Positions 13,297 to 26,134 of a stretch of 64,000 bases of DNA are shown in pieces; the stretch's first letter is position 1; every line of letters begins with the position of its first letter. The notes under the pieces were generated by a model, which was not told where the DNA came from, made no database searches, and saw nothing but the letters and a program-made list of their open reading frames with translations. Origin of the DNA: Mobula hypostoma (taxonomy: Eukaryota); contig NC_086097.1 of NCBI RefSeq assembly GCF_963921235.1, forward strand, positions 161,326,001-161,390,000, written 5' to 3'. The position numbers and the translations under genes are program-made.

Positions 13297-14137
13297 AATA
13301 GCAGCACATAAAGACCCGGCCTGGAGTTCAAGGCTGGAGTCGCAGTTGGTGGTTGCACAATCACTTTAAATGTGTCCATTACTTACTCCAGTTGGCTTTA
13401 GGATTCGTTTCCGAGCCTCTCAATTTCGACCTTCTGAGGATCCCAGGTACTCACATTTTATTGACTCTGCCTCTCGCCACTTCTCCCGTCAAGCTCTGAA
13501 GGCGACTTTGTCCGCCATGAGGAGTTACTTGGTGTCCCTATCCCAGACCCTTCCACACCTTCGGGACACTTTCTTCGCCGTCTGTAATGGTCCTACCCGT
13601 TATTTCATCCTCCGTCGGATTCATGCCTGCAATTGCCGTTTATTTGACTTTGTCAAGTTAGGCAAAGATCGCAAGATCCTATATCTACGGACTCCAGAGC
13701 CTGCTGGCCATGAAATTAGCAGGCATGAACTTTAGATTGCCTCTGCCATTGATCTCGCCGGCTCCAACACCTCAGGGCATATTCAAAACCCAGAAGTTTA
13801 ACCCCACTAGGAATAGGGTTCCCCTGGTCCTCACCTACCACCCCACCAGCCTCCAGGTCCAACATATTATTCTCCGTAACTTCCGCCACCTCCAACGGGA
13901 TCCCACCACTAAGCACATCTTTCCCTCCCCCCCCCCTGCATTCCGCAGGGATCGCTCCCTACGCGACTCCCTTGTCCATTCGTCCCCCCGATCCTCCCCA
14001 CTGATCTCCCTCCTGGCACTTATCCGTGTAAGCGGAACAAGTGCTACACATGCCCTTACACTTCCTCCCTTACCACCATTCAGGGCCCCAAACAGTCCTT
14101 CCAGGTGAGGTGACACTTCACCTGTGAGTCGGCTGGG

Positions 14138-14400
14138 GTGATATACTGCGTCCGGTGCTCCCGGTGTGGCCTTTTATATATTGGCGAGACCCGACGCAGA
14201 CTGGGAGACCGCTTTGCTGAACACCTACGCTCTGTCCGCCAGAGAAAGCAGGATCTCCCAGTGGCCACACATTTTAATTCCACATCCCATTCCCATTCTG
14301 ACATGTCTATCCATGGCCTCCTCTACTGTAAAGATGAAGCCACACTCAGGTTGGAGGAACAACACCTTATAATCCATCTGGGTAGCCTCCAACCTTCTTT
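14138..14400 (+). pseudogene. GIY-YIG endonuclease of the inverted Penelope arm
   Basis: VIYCVRCSRCGLLYIGETRRRLGDRFAEH...LEEQHLI. Confidence 0.88.
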
Positions 14401-14704
14401 AACTTCCGCTAATGCCCCACCTCCCCCCGTACCCCATCTGTTACTTATTTTTATACACACATTCTTTCTCTCACTCTTCTTTTTCTCCCTCTGTCCCTCT
14501 GAATATACCCCTTGCCCATCCTCTGGGTCCCCGCCCCCCCCCCCGTCTTTCTTCCCGGACATCCTGTCCCATGATCGTCTCGTATCCCTTTTGCCTATCA
14601 CCTGTCCAGCTCTTGGCTCCATCCCTCCCCCTCCTGTCTTCTCCTATCATTTTGGATCTCCCCCTCCCCCTCCAACTTTCAAATCCCGTACTCACTCTTC
14701 CTTC

Positions 14705-14746
14705 AGTTAGTCCTGATGAAGGGTCTCGGCCTGAAACGTCGACTGC
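14705..14746 (+). ncRNA. Minimal type I hammerhead ribozyme
   Basis: CTGATGA at 14713-14719, GAAA at 14733-14736, GTC cleavage triplet at 14738-14740. Confidence 0.85.
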
Positions 14747-14848
14747 ACCTCTTCCTAGAGATGCTGCCTGGCCTGCTGCATTCACCAGCAACTTTTATGT
14801 GTGTTGCTTGAATTTCCAGCATCTGCAGAATTCCTGTTGTTTGCATTT

Positions 14849-15448
14849 ATAAATGCAAGGATGTAATTCTGAGGCTTTATGAGGCATTAGTCAGATGGTA
14901 CTTGGAGTATTGTGAGCAGTTTTTGGCCCATTATCTAAGAAATGGTGTGCTAGCATTGGAAAAGGTCCAGGGGAGGTTCAGGAGAATGGTTCTGGGAATG
15001 GAAGGATTAACATATGAGGAGTGTTTGATGGCTCTGGGCCTGTACTCACCGGAGAGTAGAAGAATGAGGGGGATCTCATTGAAACCTATTGAATGTTGAA
15101 AGGCCAAGACAGAGTGGATGTGGAGAGGATGTCTTCTGTCGTAGGTTAGAACCAAAGGGCACAGCCTCAGAATAGAGGGGCATTCCTTTAAAGCAGAGAT
15201 AAGGAGGAATTTCTTTAGCCAGAGATGGTGAATCTGTGGGATTTATTGCCACTGATGGTTATAGAGCCCAAGTCTTTGTGTATCTGTAAAGTAGAGGTTG
15301 ATAGGTTCTTGATTAGTCAAGGCATCAGAGGTTATGGGGAGAAGGCAGTAGAATGGAATTGACAGGGATAATAAATCAGCTGCGATGGAATGGCAGAGCA
15401 GACTCAGTGGGCCAAATGACCCAATTCTGCTGCTATGTCTTATGTTCA
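14849..15448 (+). mobile_element. CR1 3' part, continuation of 9135-10543
   Basis: LEYCEQF...LGLYS.E.RRMRG followed by the 3' UTR ending ctatgtcttatg. Confidence 0.9.
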
Positions 15449-15499
15449 CATTTCTGAAATATGTTCATAGGCAGAGCTTATTCTGACCGAGCCCAGTCC

Positions 15500-16495
15500 C
15501 CTCAGTACAGAGGATAGTGCTCAATGGGAACTATTCGGCCGAAAGTTTGTGACTATTGGTGTTCCACAGATATTCATATTGGGACTCCTGGTGTTGTGAT
15601 ATATATTAATGACCTAGATGAAAACACGGATGGGTCAGTTATTAGCTTTGCAGACAATGCAATGATAGATGGAATTGTGGAGAGTGCGGAAGGATAATGT
15701 GATTATGTCAGATACAGATGGTGGTGAAGAAATGGCAGATGGAGTCTAATCAGGACAAATATGAGATGTTGCACTTACGGAGATCAAAGGTAGGACAGTT
15801 AACAGTGTTTATGTCCAAAGGAATCTTAAGGTCCAAGTCCATACCTCCCTGAAAGTGGCTACACAAGTTCATCAGGTAGTAAAAAAGTTAAAGAGCATGC
15901 TTACCTTTATTGGATTCAAGAGTCAGGAAGTTACATTGCTGCCACATAGAACTCTGGTGAGGCCACATCAGGAGCTTTGGATCCAATTCTGGTTGCCTCG
16001 TATTATGAAGGCTTTGGAGAGGGTGCAGAAGATGTTTACCAGGATGCTGCCTGGGTTAAAGGGCATGTGCTATTAGAAAAGACTGGACAAACGTGGGTTG
16101 TTTTCTATGAAGCACAGATGCTGAGGGGAGACCTGAAAGAAATTTTTAACATTTATGAGGACCTTAAATAGAGTCGACAGTCAGCATATTTTTCCCTGGG
16201 TTGAAGTGTGTAATACTAGAGAACATGCACTCAAAGTGAGAGGAGCTAAGTTCAAGGCGCCATACAGAGCAAGTTTTTTTTATCAGAGAGGTGGGTGTCT
16301 GGTATATACTACCTTTGGTAGTAGTGTACGCAACTACAATAGAGGCACTTAAGAGGTTTGAGATAGGGGCATGACACACACAAATCCTAGAGGGACATAA
16401 ATAGTCAAGTGTTTCAGATCAAGACCCTCAGTAGACTTTTAATTGCTAGCTTAATTAGTTCAAAACAACATTAAAGGCTGCCCTATGTTCTCTGC
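15500..16495 (+). mobile_element. Degenerate CR1 fragment
   Basis: Remnants of VPQG, FADD, KWQMEFN and LVRPH..., plus the 3' UTR. Confidence 0.8.
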
Positions 16496-17304
16496 TATTT
16501 GAGGCCCTCTACTATTCAAGGCTTTGTTGCTTGGTTTAAGGATTGTTTAGATCAGAGAAATTTATCTTCCAGATCCAGAGGAGGTAATCTTGGGGGATGG
16601 GTGGGGGGAGGTAAGGGAGGGCAAGATGAACACAAACAGGAGATGCCTCTCAGGAAAATTTGGGTCATTAAAGGAGGAAACAATACAAAGTGCACAATTG
16701 GCAAACTGCCTGTACTGCATCAACTGGCAAAAAATTAATGACACATCATTCACCTCCCACCCATCTTCAGGACTCAGTTCGAGACTCATTCTTTGCCTTA
16801 AGCAATTAAGTATCAGAGGAGCATAACTAAACAAACAGCGTCAACACTCTGGTCATGTGGCATCAGAACACAGGGATCGCTTCTCAGATAATACTTATCA
16901 TCACCTCACACATTTGATCAGGAATTCTGCGTAATTTCAACATAATCAACCTCCTTTCAAGAACTACAACCTTCAAAAGCAGGATCCACAAGTTTGGGTG
17001 TTTTAGTTTTGATTAGTTTATCTATCCTCTATTTCTTTCTCCTGCCTTGCTAAATTGCCACAATAACCACCTTGTTGAAGAGTGCAGTAAGCATAGCAAG
17101 AGGCCTCCTTTTCCTCTGAATCTAAAGTAAAAGTGAAGTCGATGGGTATCAAAGGAAAATATTCCAGTGATTGGAATTGAACTTCATACAAAGGAAAATG
17201 GTTGTGGTTGTTTGAAGGCAATCTTTCTAGCCCCAGCATATCAGTTGCTTAATCAGTGACGTTCCTTCCAGCATCAGGACAAAAATAGAAATCTTCTCTG
17301 AGTA

Positions 17305-18783
17305 GATCGCTGAGCCTCTGGCAATGATCTTTGCATCATCAATGGGGACGGGAGAGGTTCCGGAGGATTGGAAGGTTGCGGATGTTATTCCCTTATTCAA
17401 GAAATGGAGTAAGGATAGCCCAGGAAATTATAGGCCAGTGAGTCTTAATTCAGTGGTTGGTAAGTTGATGGAGAAGATCCTGAGAGGCAGGATTTATGAA
17501 CAATTGAAGAGGCATAATATGACTAGGAACGGTCAGCATGGCTTTGTCAAAGGCAAGTCGTACCTTACTAGCCTGATTGAATTTTTTGAGGATGTGACTA
17601 AGCATATTGATGAAGGTAGAGCCGTAGATGTAGTGTACATGGATTTTAGCAATGCTTATTGAGAAAGTAAGAAGGCATGGGAATGAAGGGGACATTGCTT
17701 TGTGGATCCAGAACTGGCTGGCCCACAGAAGGCAAAGATTGGTTGTAGACAGGTCATATTCTGTATGGGGGCCAGTGACCAGTGGTATGCCTCAGGGATC
17801 TGTTCTGGAACCCCTACTCTTTGTGATTTTTATAAATGACCTGGATGAGGAAGTGGAGGGATGGGTTAGTAAATTTGCTAATGACACAAAGGTTTCGGGT
17901 GCTGTGGATAGTGTGGAGGGCTGTCAGAGATTACAATGGGACATTGATAGGATGCAAAACTGGGCTGAGAAGTGGCAGATGGAGTTCAACCCAGGTAACT
18001 GTGAGGTGGTTCATTTTGGTAGGTCAAATATGATGGCAGAATATAGTATTAATGGTAAGACTCTTGACAGTGTGGAGGATCAGAGGGATCTTGGGGTTCG
18101 AGTCCATAGGACACTCAAAGCTGCTACACAGGTTGACTCTGTGGTTAAGAAGGCATACGGTGCATTGGCCTTCATCAATCGTGGGATTGAGTTTAAGAGC
18201 CGAGAGGTAATATTGCAGCTATATAGGACCCTGGTCAGACCCCACTTGGAGTACTGTGCTCAGTTCTCGTTGCCTCACTACAGGAAGGATGTGGAAACCA
18301 TAGAAAGGGTGCACAGGAGATTTACAAGGATGTTGCCTGGATTGAGGAGCATGCCTTGTGAGAATAGGATGAGTGAACTCGGCCTTTTCTCCTTGGAGCG
18401 ACAGAGGATGAGAGGTGACCTGATAGAGGTGTACAAGATAATGAGAGGCATTGATCGTGTGGATAGTCAGAGGCTTTTCCCCAGGGCTGAAATGGCTAGC
18501 ATGAGAGGGTATAGTTTTAAGGTGCTTGGAAGCAGGTACAGAGGAGATGTCAGGGGTAAGTTTTTTACTCAGGGAGTGGTGAGTGCGTGGAATGGGCTGC
18601 CGGCTGCGGTGGTGGAGGCGGAAACGATAGGGTCTTTTAAGAGACTCCTGGATGGCTACATGGAGCTTAGAAAAATAGAGGGCTATGAGTAAAGCCTAGG
18701 TAGTTCTAAGGTAGGGACATGTTCGGCACAGCTTTGTGGGCCAAAGGGCCTGTGTTATGCTGTATGTTTTCTACGTTTTTTCT
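17305..18783 (+). mobile_element. Relatively young 5'-truncated CR1 LINE
   Basis: ORFs 17324-17662 and 17652-18692 encode CR1 RT (PEDWKVADV, GMPQGSVL, KFAND, LEYCAQF), broken by one deletion frameshift. Confidence 0.95.
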
Positions 18784-19255
18784 AAGTACAGTGCCAACAA
18801 TTCTCAAACAACCTAAAGTGGTAATAAACATGATCTCAATTTATATTTCATCCAGAAGGCAGGAGTCACAACACTGCTGCAGTCTGTCAGTGATGTAATG
18901 GCTAAAACATCACCAGGTGTCTGGAGTAGGATTTTAACCCACAACATTCTGAGTCAGAGCCATGACTATTTCAAACCAAGCCATTATTGATATCTGGTGA
19001 TTCATGTAAATGTGAAACACATGGAAAGAGTCAAGGACATTTGAGACTAATTTTTAAACTGGCAAGCAGTCGAAGAGTGTCTATCTTATTTTCCTTCTCA
19101 TTGGGTCAATATAAATACATTTTCTTCTTCCCATCTAAAGCTGTATTTTCAAAGCTTTTGTGACATATCCAGTTCAGTGATGTCACTCCCACTATCCAGG
19201 TCACAACTGAGGTAATGCATGCACTTCCATTCACAATTTTGTACAAAATGATGTG

Positions 19256-20287
19256 ATAGTCATAGTCATACTTTATTGATCCCGGGGGAAATTGGTTTTC
19301 ATTACAGTTGCACCATAAATAATAAATCGTAATAACACAATAAATAGTTAAATAGTAATATGTAAATTATGCCAAAAAATAAGTCCAGGACCAGCCTATT
19401 TGGCTCAGGGTGTCTGACCCTCCAAGGGAGGAGTCGTAAAGTTTGATGGCCACAGACAGGAATGACTTCCTATGACGCTCTGTGCTGCATCTCGGTGGAA
19501 TGAGTTTCTGGCTGAATGTACTCCTGTGCCCACCCAATACATTATGTAGTGGATGGGAGACATTGTCCAAGATGGCATGCAACTTAGACAGCATCCTCTT
19601 TTCAGACTCCACCGTCAGAGAGTCCAGTTCCATCCCGACAACATCACTGGCCTTACGAATGAGTTTGTTGATTCTGTTGGTGTCTGCTACCCTCAGCCTG
19701 CTGGCCCAGCACACAACAGCAAACATAATAGCACTGGCCACCACAGACTCGTAGAACATCCTCAGCATCGCCCGGCAGAAGTTAAAGGACCTCAGTCTCC
19801 TCAGGAAATAGAGACGGCTCTGACCCTTCTTGTAGACAGCTTCAGTGTTCTTTGACCAGTCCAGTTTATTGTCAATTCGTATCCCCAGGTATCAGGGGTC
19901 ACCAGTACCTTAGCTCTCCTCAGGTTTACCACCAGCTCCTTAGTCTTTTTCACATTAAGCAGCAGATAATTCTGCTCACACCATGTGACAAAGTTTCCTT
20001 CCATAGCCCTGTACTCAGCCTCATCTCCCTTGCTGATGCATCCAACTATGGCAGAGTCATCAGAAAACTTCTGAAGATGACAAGACTCTGTGCAGTAGTT
20101 GAAGTCCGAGGTGTAAATGGTGAAGAGCAAGGGAGACAAGACAGTCCCCTATGGAGCCCCAGTGCTGCTGATCACTCTGTCGGACACACAGTGTTGCAAG
20201 CACACGTACTGTGGTCTGCCAGTCAGGTAATCAAGAATCCATGACACCAGGGAAGCATCCACCTGCATCGCTGTCAGCTTCTCCAGC
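19256..20287 (-). mobile_element. Rex1/Babar-like LINE, 5'-truncated
   Basis: Minus ORFs give SPLLFTIYTSDF, KFSDDSAIVG, NVKKTKELVV and FYESVVAS. (gactat)n tail with AATAAA. Confidence 0.9.
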
Positions 20288-20929
20288 TGAAGGAAAACTT
20301 CACAGGACAAAAAGGGTTGTCCTGTAACAAAAGGTTGGCCTGGTTACAGAAACAAATAAAAAATTCATATGCAGGAAATTTGAAACAAAATAATGGAAAT
20401 GCTCCCCTAGCCAGGTAGCTGCTGTGGAGAAATTTCAGGTTGCTGAACCTTCATCGAGACTGGTTTTGTCATGAGGAAGATTGTAAAGTCATTTTATGAG
20501 AGCATGTTGTATTCTCTGGGTCTTGACAGGATCATGATGTTTCCCATCATGGGGCAGTCTAGAACTCGGGCCAAAGAGAGGAATTAGCCACTTAACTTTG
20601 AGGTACGGAGAAGGTTCTTTACTTGGAATGACCTTCTTTAAGTATAAAGTAGTAGATGACAGGTGAATCTGGGAGAGGGGGAGGGGTGAAGTAAAGAGCT
20701 GGGAAATAGTGAAAGAGCTAGAGGGCTGGAGAAGGGGGAATGTGATAGGAGAGGTCCCATTGAAACTATTCAAAGGTGATAAAGACAACTTGTTTGGAAA
20801 AAATATATAAGGATTCTGTGGTAATGGGAAAAAGGGAAAAGAGTGGAACTGAGATATAGATCAGATCAACCACAATTCATTTGATGGAGCTGTATGACCC
20901 ACCCGTAATCCTTGGACATGTTCTTGTGC

Positions 20930-22020
20930 ACAAGAAAAAGTACAGAGATTTATGAAGATGTTGCTAGGACTGGAGATAAGAACATAAGATGGCTCAGCTT
21001 ATGATGTTTTATTTGAAACAAAGAGGCTTGGAGTAGTTTTAACTGAGGTACATAGAATTATGGTGCATTGGCCAGAAACTTCATTGCTAGTGTGCAGAGA
21101 TAAATGTAAATGACAGAAAGGGAGTTGAGGAAAGAATTTTTAATGAAGAAGAATGTATAAGGATGACTATAATAGGTGCTGTCGAAGATAGAAATGACGG
21201 TTTCAGTTTTTACAGAGCAAACTTGATCAGCTGGGTAGATGGGCTGAAAAATAGAAAATGGAATTTAGTTCAGATAAGTTTGAGATGTTGCATTTTGGGA
21301 AGACAAAATAAGGTAGATCTTTCACAGTGAATGGTTCGATCCTGGCGAGTTTTGTAGACAGAAGGACCTATGAATACAAGTACATGGTTCTTTGAAAGTG
21401 ATATCACAGATAGAGTGAGTGATGAATAAGGATTTTGGCAGGCTAGCCTTTTATCATCAGGGCATTGGGATATTGTGTTGCAATTGTACAAGATGTTAGT
21501 GAGGCTGCATGTGGAATATTGTCTTCAATTCTGGTCACTCTGCTGTAGAAAAGATTAAGCTGGAAAGAGGGTAAAAGGGATTTACAGGGATGTTGCTGGG
21601 ACTCGAGTCTCTGTGCCATGTAGAGATGATGAGCAGACTGGGACTTTAATCAATGAAGCACAGGAGAACGAGAAGTGATTCTTATAGAGGTCAATACAAT
21701 CATCAGGGGTATAGACAGAATGAATTCACAGTCTTTTTTCCAGGATGGAAGAATCAAGAACCAAAGGAAATAGGTTTAGGGTGAGAAAGAAGAAATTTAA
21801 TAGGAATCTGAGGGGCAACGTTTTCACCCAGAAGGAGCTTTGTATACGGAATTAACTGCCAGTAGAAGTGGTTGGGGTAAGTATGTTAACAACATTTAAA
21901 AGAGACTTGTCAGGTATATGAATAGAAATGATTTAAGAGTATATTAGTCAATACGAGCAAATGGGACAAGCAGGTGGGAAATTTGGTCAAAGGGCCTATT
22001 TTCCTCCTATACTACTCCAT
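20930..22020 (+). mobile_element. Cluster of old CR1 3' fragments
   Basis: Degenerate CR1 C-terminal motifs and 3' UTR. Confidence 0.7.
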
Positions 22021-22059
22021 TACACTAATTAAAGAGGTCTGGTACTTAAGGCTCAGGGC

Positions 22060-23727
22060 ACGTTATGCCCTACAAACTTGATTCAATTTTTTTGAGATGC
22101 TAAGATGCTTGATAAGGGTAAGCAGTAGATATTATCTACGTGGGCTTTAGCAGGTCATTTGATAGGGTCCTTCCTGGTAAGTTGATTCAGAATGTATCGA
22201 TGCATGTGATCCAGAGTGAATCACAAGTCTGGATTTGGAAGTGGCTTGCCCATTGAAGACAGAGAACAGGGGTGGAAGGTTGTTGTTCTGGCAGGAGGTC
22301 CTGGACCAGTGGTGATCTGCAAGGATTAGTGATGGGGCTTCTGTTGTTTGTGATATATGTCAATTATTTGCATGAAGATGTAGATAGGTGGATTAGTAAG
22401 TTTGCAGATGACACCAAGGTGGGTGGAGCAGTGGAGAGTGTAAAGAACTGTCAAATAATACAGAGGAGTTTACACTCAGTGGTCACTTGTACACCTACTC
22501 GTTAATGCAAATATCCAAACAGCCAATCATGTGACAGAAACTCAATGCATAAAAGGATGCAGACATAGTCAAGAGGTTCAGTTGTTGTTCAGACTAAACA
22601 TCAGAAAGAGGATGAAATGCAATCCAAGTGACTTTGACTGTGGGATAATTGTTAGTGTCATATGGAGTGGTTGGAGCATTTCAGAAACTGCTGATCTCCT
22701 GAGATAGTCACGTACAACTTGCGATAAACAAAAAAAAACATCCAGTGAGCAGCTGTTCCATGGGGAAAAAGAGCTTGTTAGTGAGAGAGGTCAGAGGAGA
22801 ATGGCCAGACCACTATGTTTCAAAGCTGGCGTGCAGAAGTGCATCTCTGAATGCACAACATGTTGAACCCTGAAGCGTATGGACTACGATGGCAGAAGGA
22901 CCACACACAAACACAAAATGGCCACTTTATAAGGTACAGGAGGTACCTAATAAAGTGGCCACTGAGAGTAGATCAATTACAGATTCAAACAGAGAAGTGG
23001 CAGATGGAGTTTAATCTGGGCAAGTGTGAGGTCAAATGAAAGGAAAAAGTATACAGTTAATTATAGCTCCCTTAATAGCACTGAAGTACAGGGGGTCTTG
23101 AAGTACATGTACATAGTCACTGAAACTGGCTGTGCACATGAATAAGACGGTAAAAACAATGGCATGCTTGCCTTCATTGATAGGAATATTGCATATAAGA
23201 GTAAGGAAGTCATGCTACAGCCAGATAAAATTTTAGTCAGACCACATTTGTGTGAAGGAAAATGTGAATTCTATGGAGAGGGTGCAGAAGTTGTTTAGCA
23301 GGATGCTACGCGGGTTAGAGGATATGAGCTATAAATAAATATTAGACAAACTTGGATTGTTCTTCCTAGATTGTCTGAGGTTGAGAGGAGACCTAATACA
23401 GGTTTTTAAAGTTATGAGAGGCATAGGTCGGGCAGATAGTCAGGATCTTTTCTCCACGGTATTTATGTCAAACACTAGAGTACTGTGCATGCTTTTAAGG
23501 TTATAGGGAGAAGTTTAAAGGAGACATGAGGGGCAAGCTCTTTTCCCCAATACAGAGTGGTAGGTGCCTGGAATAGGTTACCTGAGGTAATAGTGGAAGC
23601 AGGAAGTTTGGTAGAGTTTAAGAGGAGATGCGCAGGAGGAACACGTGTAGCATAAACTAGCATTAAGATCAGCACAACATATTGGGCTGAATGGCTTGTG
23701 CAGTGATGTACTATTTTATGTTCCATG
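22060..23727 (+). mobile_element. Degenerate CR1 split by a Tc1 derivative
   Basis: KFADDTKVGG at about 22400. The sequence resumes as gatcaattacag...gagaagtggcagatggagttt after 22970. Confidence 0.85.
22473..22968 (+). mobile_element. Non-autonomous Tc1-family DNA transposon
   Basis: TA on both sides, TIR cactcagtgg / ccactgagag, and an internal remnant SDFD.G.IV.....G.SISETADLL typical of the Tc1 transposase N-terminus. Confidence 0.88.
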
Positions 23728-24337
23728 TAACTTAGTTCCTGAAAACTTCCACTCTTGGCTGCTCAGCACCAATCTATATCTAAACTTCAGCTGAGATGAA
23801 ATGCATGACTGCTGCTGTGACACTTACATAAACGGCCCACTGAATTATCCGCAGTCAATACAAGAAATTAAAGGATCTCCTGGTGAAGTATGTCAGATGG
23901 AAGGTCACTCTGCTGAAATGTTAACTATAATTCTATTCAGAGAATCTACCCAGCCTGCTGAGTACAGATCCTCCCCAAGTTACAGCAGGGTTCTGTTGTT
24001 GTGAAATGTCTGCAAACCAAACAGACTGCAAATGGGAAATGGAGTCACAAACTGAATTTCCGGGTGGCAGAAAGTACCAGCGGCCCACCAGCAGCCAGCA
24101 ATCCATCCCACCAGTCTTCCAAACACCCACTCGTTTGAATGGGTTGTACATGAAATGCCCCAGTTAAGATTTCTACTGCTATGCTGTAGGTATTTCATTT
24201 TAGCAGTTTCTGCAAAAGCAGTGAGTCCTGCTGGTAGAATGTTTTGGTTTTGGCTAAAGATAAGAAGTCCTGCTGTTCGATTTAGGAATGCTGTGGCAGC
24301 CAATCAGGATGTCGGAATTGGGAGAAAGTTCTAGAGA

Positions 24338-24800
24338 AATCAGAATCTGAATCGGAATCAGGTTTACTATCATCGTCATGTGTCGTGAAATTTGTTAACT
24401 TAGCAGTAGCTGTTCAATGCAATACATAATAAGAAAAATAAATAAATAAATAAATTACAGTCTACATATATTGAATAGAGTAAAAATCATGCAAAAGCAG
24501 AAATAATATATATTAAAAAAGTGAGGTAGTGTTCACAGGTTCAATGTCCGTTTAGGAATCGGGTGACAGAGGGGAAGAAGCTGTTCTGGAATCGCTGTGT
24601 GTGTGCCTTCAGGCTTCTGTACCTCCTACCTGATGAGAAAAGGGCATGCCCTGGGTGCTGAGGGTCCTTAGTAAACGACACTGCCTTTCTGAGACACCAC
24701 TCCTTGAAGACGTCCTGGGTACTTTGTAGGCTAGTACCCAAGGTGGAGCCAACTAAATTTACGATTCTCTGCAGCTTCTTCCGGTTCTGTGCAGTAGCAC
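24338..24800 (-). mobile_element. Rex1/Babar-like LINE 3' end
   Basis: Minus ORF KKLQRIV...KDPQHPGHALF.SGRRYRSL...SFFPS and (attctg)n tail. Same subfamily as 46483-47675. Confidence 0.88.
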
Positions 24801-24801
24801 A

Positions 24802-25443
24802 GAGTGGGGTGGAGAGAGATTTGTGACAGGCAGTAGTCTGGTCTGGGGCTTTTGGTGGGAGCTGCAAAGGGGGACAGAAGGGAAGGTGCTGCAGAACACC
24901 GCTGGAAGGCAGGTCCCCTTTGCACAAAGTGCTTTGTACAGATGAATGGCTCCAAGGGCTAATACACTTAAGACAGTGCCCTAATGTTCAAGATGGATTT
25001 CAAGGGAAGTTCAGAATGTAGTGTGTGCTTTCACACAGATCATGGGTCCAGCAAGTGACAGAAGACAACTCCAGGATAAGTTCCAACTTTATGTGTACAT
25101 TGGACTGGTTTAACTGTAATGGGTATTTTTTTTTCTTTCCTATTAACTGTTCGATTAAGCTGAAATTTGCAAATATACTTTCTTCTTAATTTTATGCGGT
25201 GTGCAATCTGTTATTTCTTGCCGACTGACAATTGTGTATCGGCAGTATTTAGACAGCATTCACTCAAATCGAGGTTCCTTTAATCAGAACATCATGACAT
25301 TCCCATCTGGTTGAACCCCAAATCATTCCAACCCTAGATGTATATTGTTTGTGAAAGATGGCCTCTCACTGCTGAGTCACGTGGCCGTTAGAAGAGCTGG
25401 TTAATGAACCAAGTTTGCATATAAGCCCAGTCAGGGGGCTACA
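24802..25443 (+). repeat. Partial solo LTR related to the Gypsy-B LTRs
   Basis: Reverse-complement similarity to 27429-28050. Ends gggggctaca. Confidence 0.8.
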
Positions 25444-26134
25444 TACACAAGTCAGGTGTTCATAAGGTGGGGGAGGACCAACCTTCCCAGTATTTTCATC
25501 GTATCTCAGATCTCCAATATTTGCAGCACTTAGTTTTTGAGTAAAATAGCTTTTTGTTCCTCAACCATCATACTGATATCTCTGATATTCATTATTGATA
25601 GTTTTTTTTTGAAGTATTGTGTCTAAGAAAGGGATAAGTTTGAAAGTTAAGTTTGGCACTTTGGCAAGCATTGAACACTGTACAAAAATACCAAATCATG
25701 AACAATATTTCAACATTTTATTGCTAGCAGGCTTTTAGGTGTTGGTGTTTAATTTTTGTGAGTGATCTGATGACGGAAAATATTTTGAAACGTTCTTGCT
25801 AAGAGTCAACAGCAACCAGAATTTTCTCAGAAATGTAACCTGCCACAGAAGACTCAAAGAACCAGATTAACACAAAGCTTTGAATTTGTATTTCCTGGAA
25901 TGTTGTAATAGAACATTCACTTAATGAAATGCAGAGATACATAGCATCCCTGGCCAAAACCTATACCACTAATTTTTGTTTAACTTTGTGTCCTTCCTGT
26001 CATCCTAAACCTCTCCCACACTTCACCACTTGAACCCTATCTATACCTGTTCTGTTATCTCCTTACTAACAAAACTGTTGGAAATACTCGGTAGATAGAA
26101 TTTAGAACATAAAATATAGAGCCTTGAACAATAC

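Larger units (their letters stand above)
10544..14848 (-). mobile_element. Penelope-like element 1 with inverted arms and 13-bp TSD
   Basis: TSD ataaatgcaagga at 10531-10543 and 14849-14861. Minus arm 10544-about 13370 (RT, GIY-YIG, 3' repeat), plus-strand N-terminal piece about 13371-13793, plus-strand 3' arm about 13800-14848. Confidence 0.95.
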
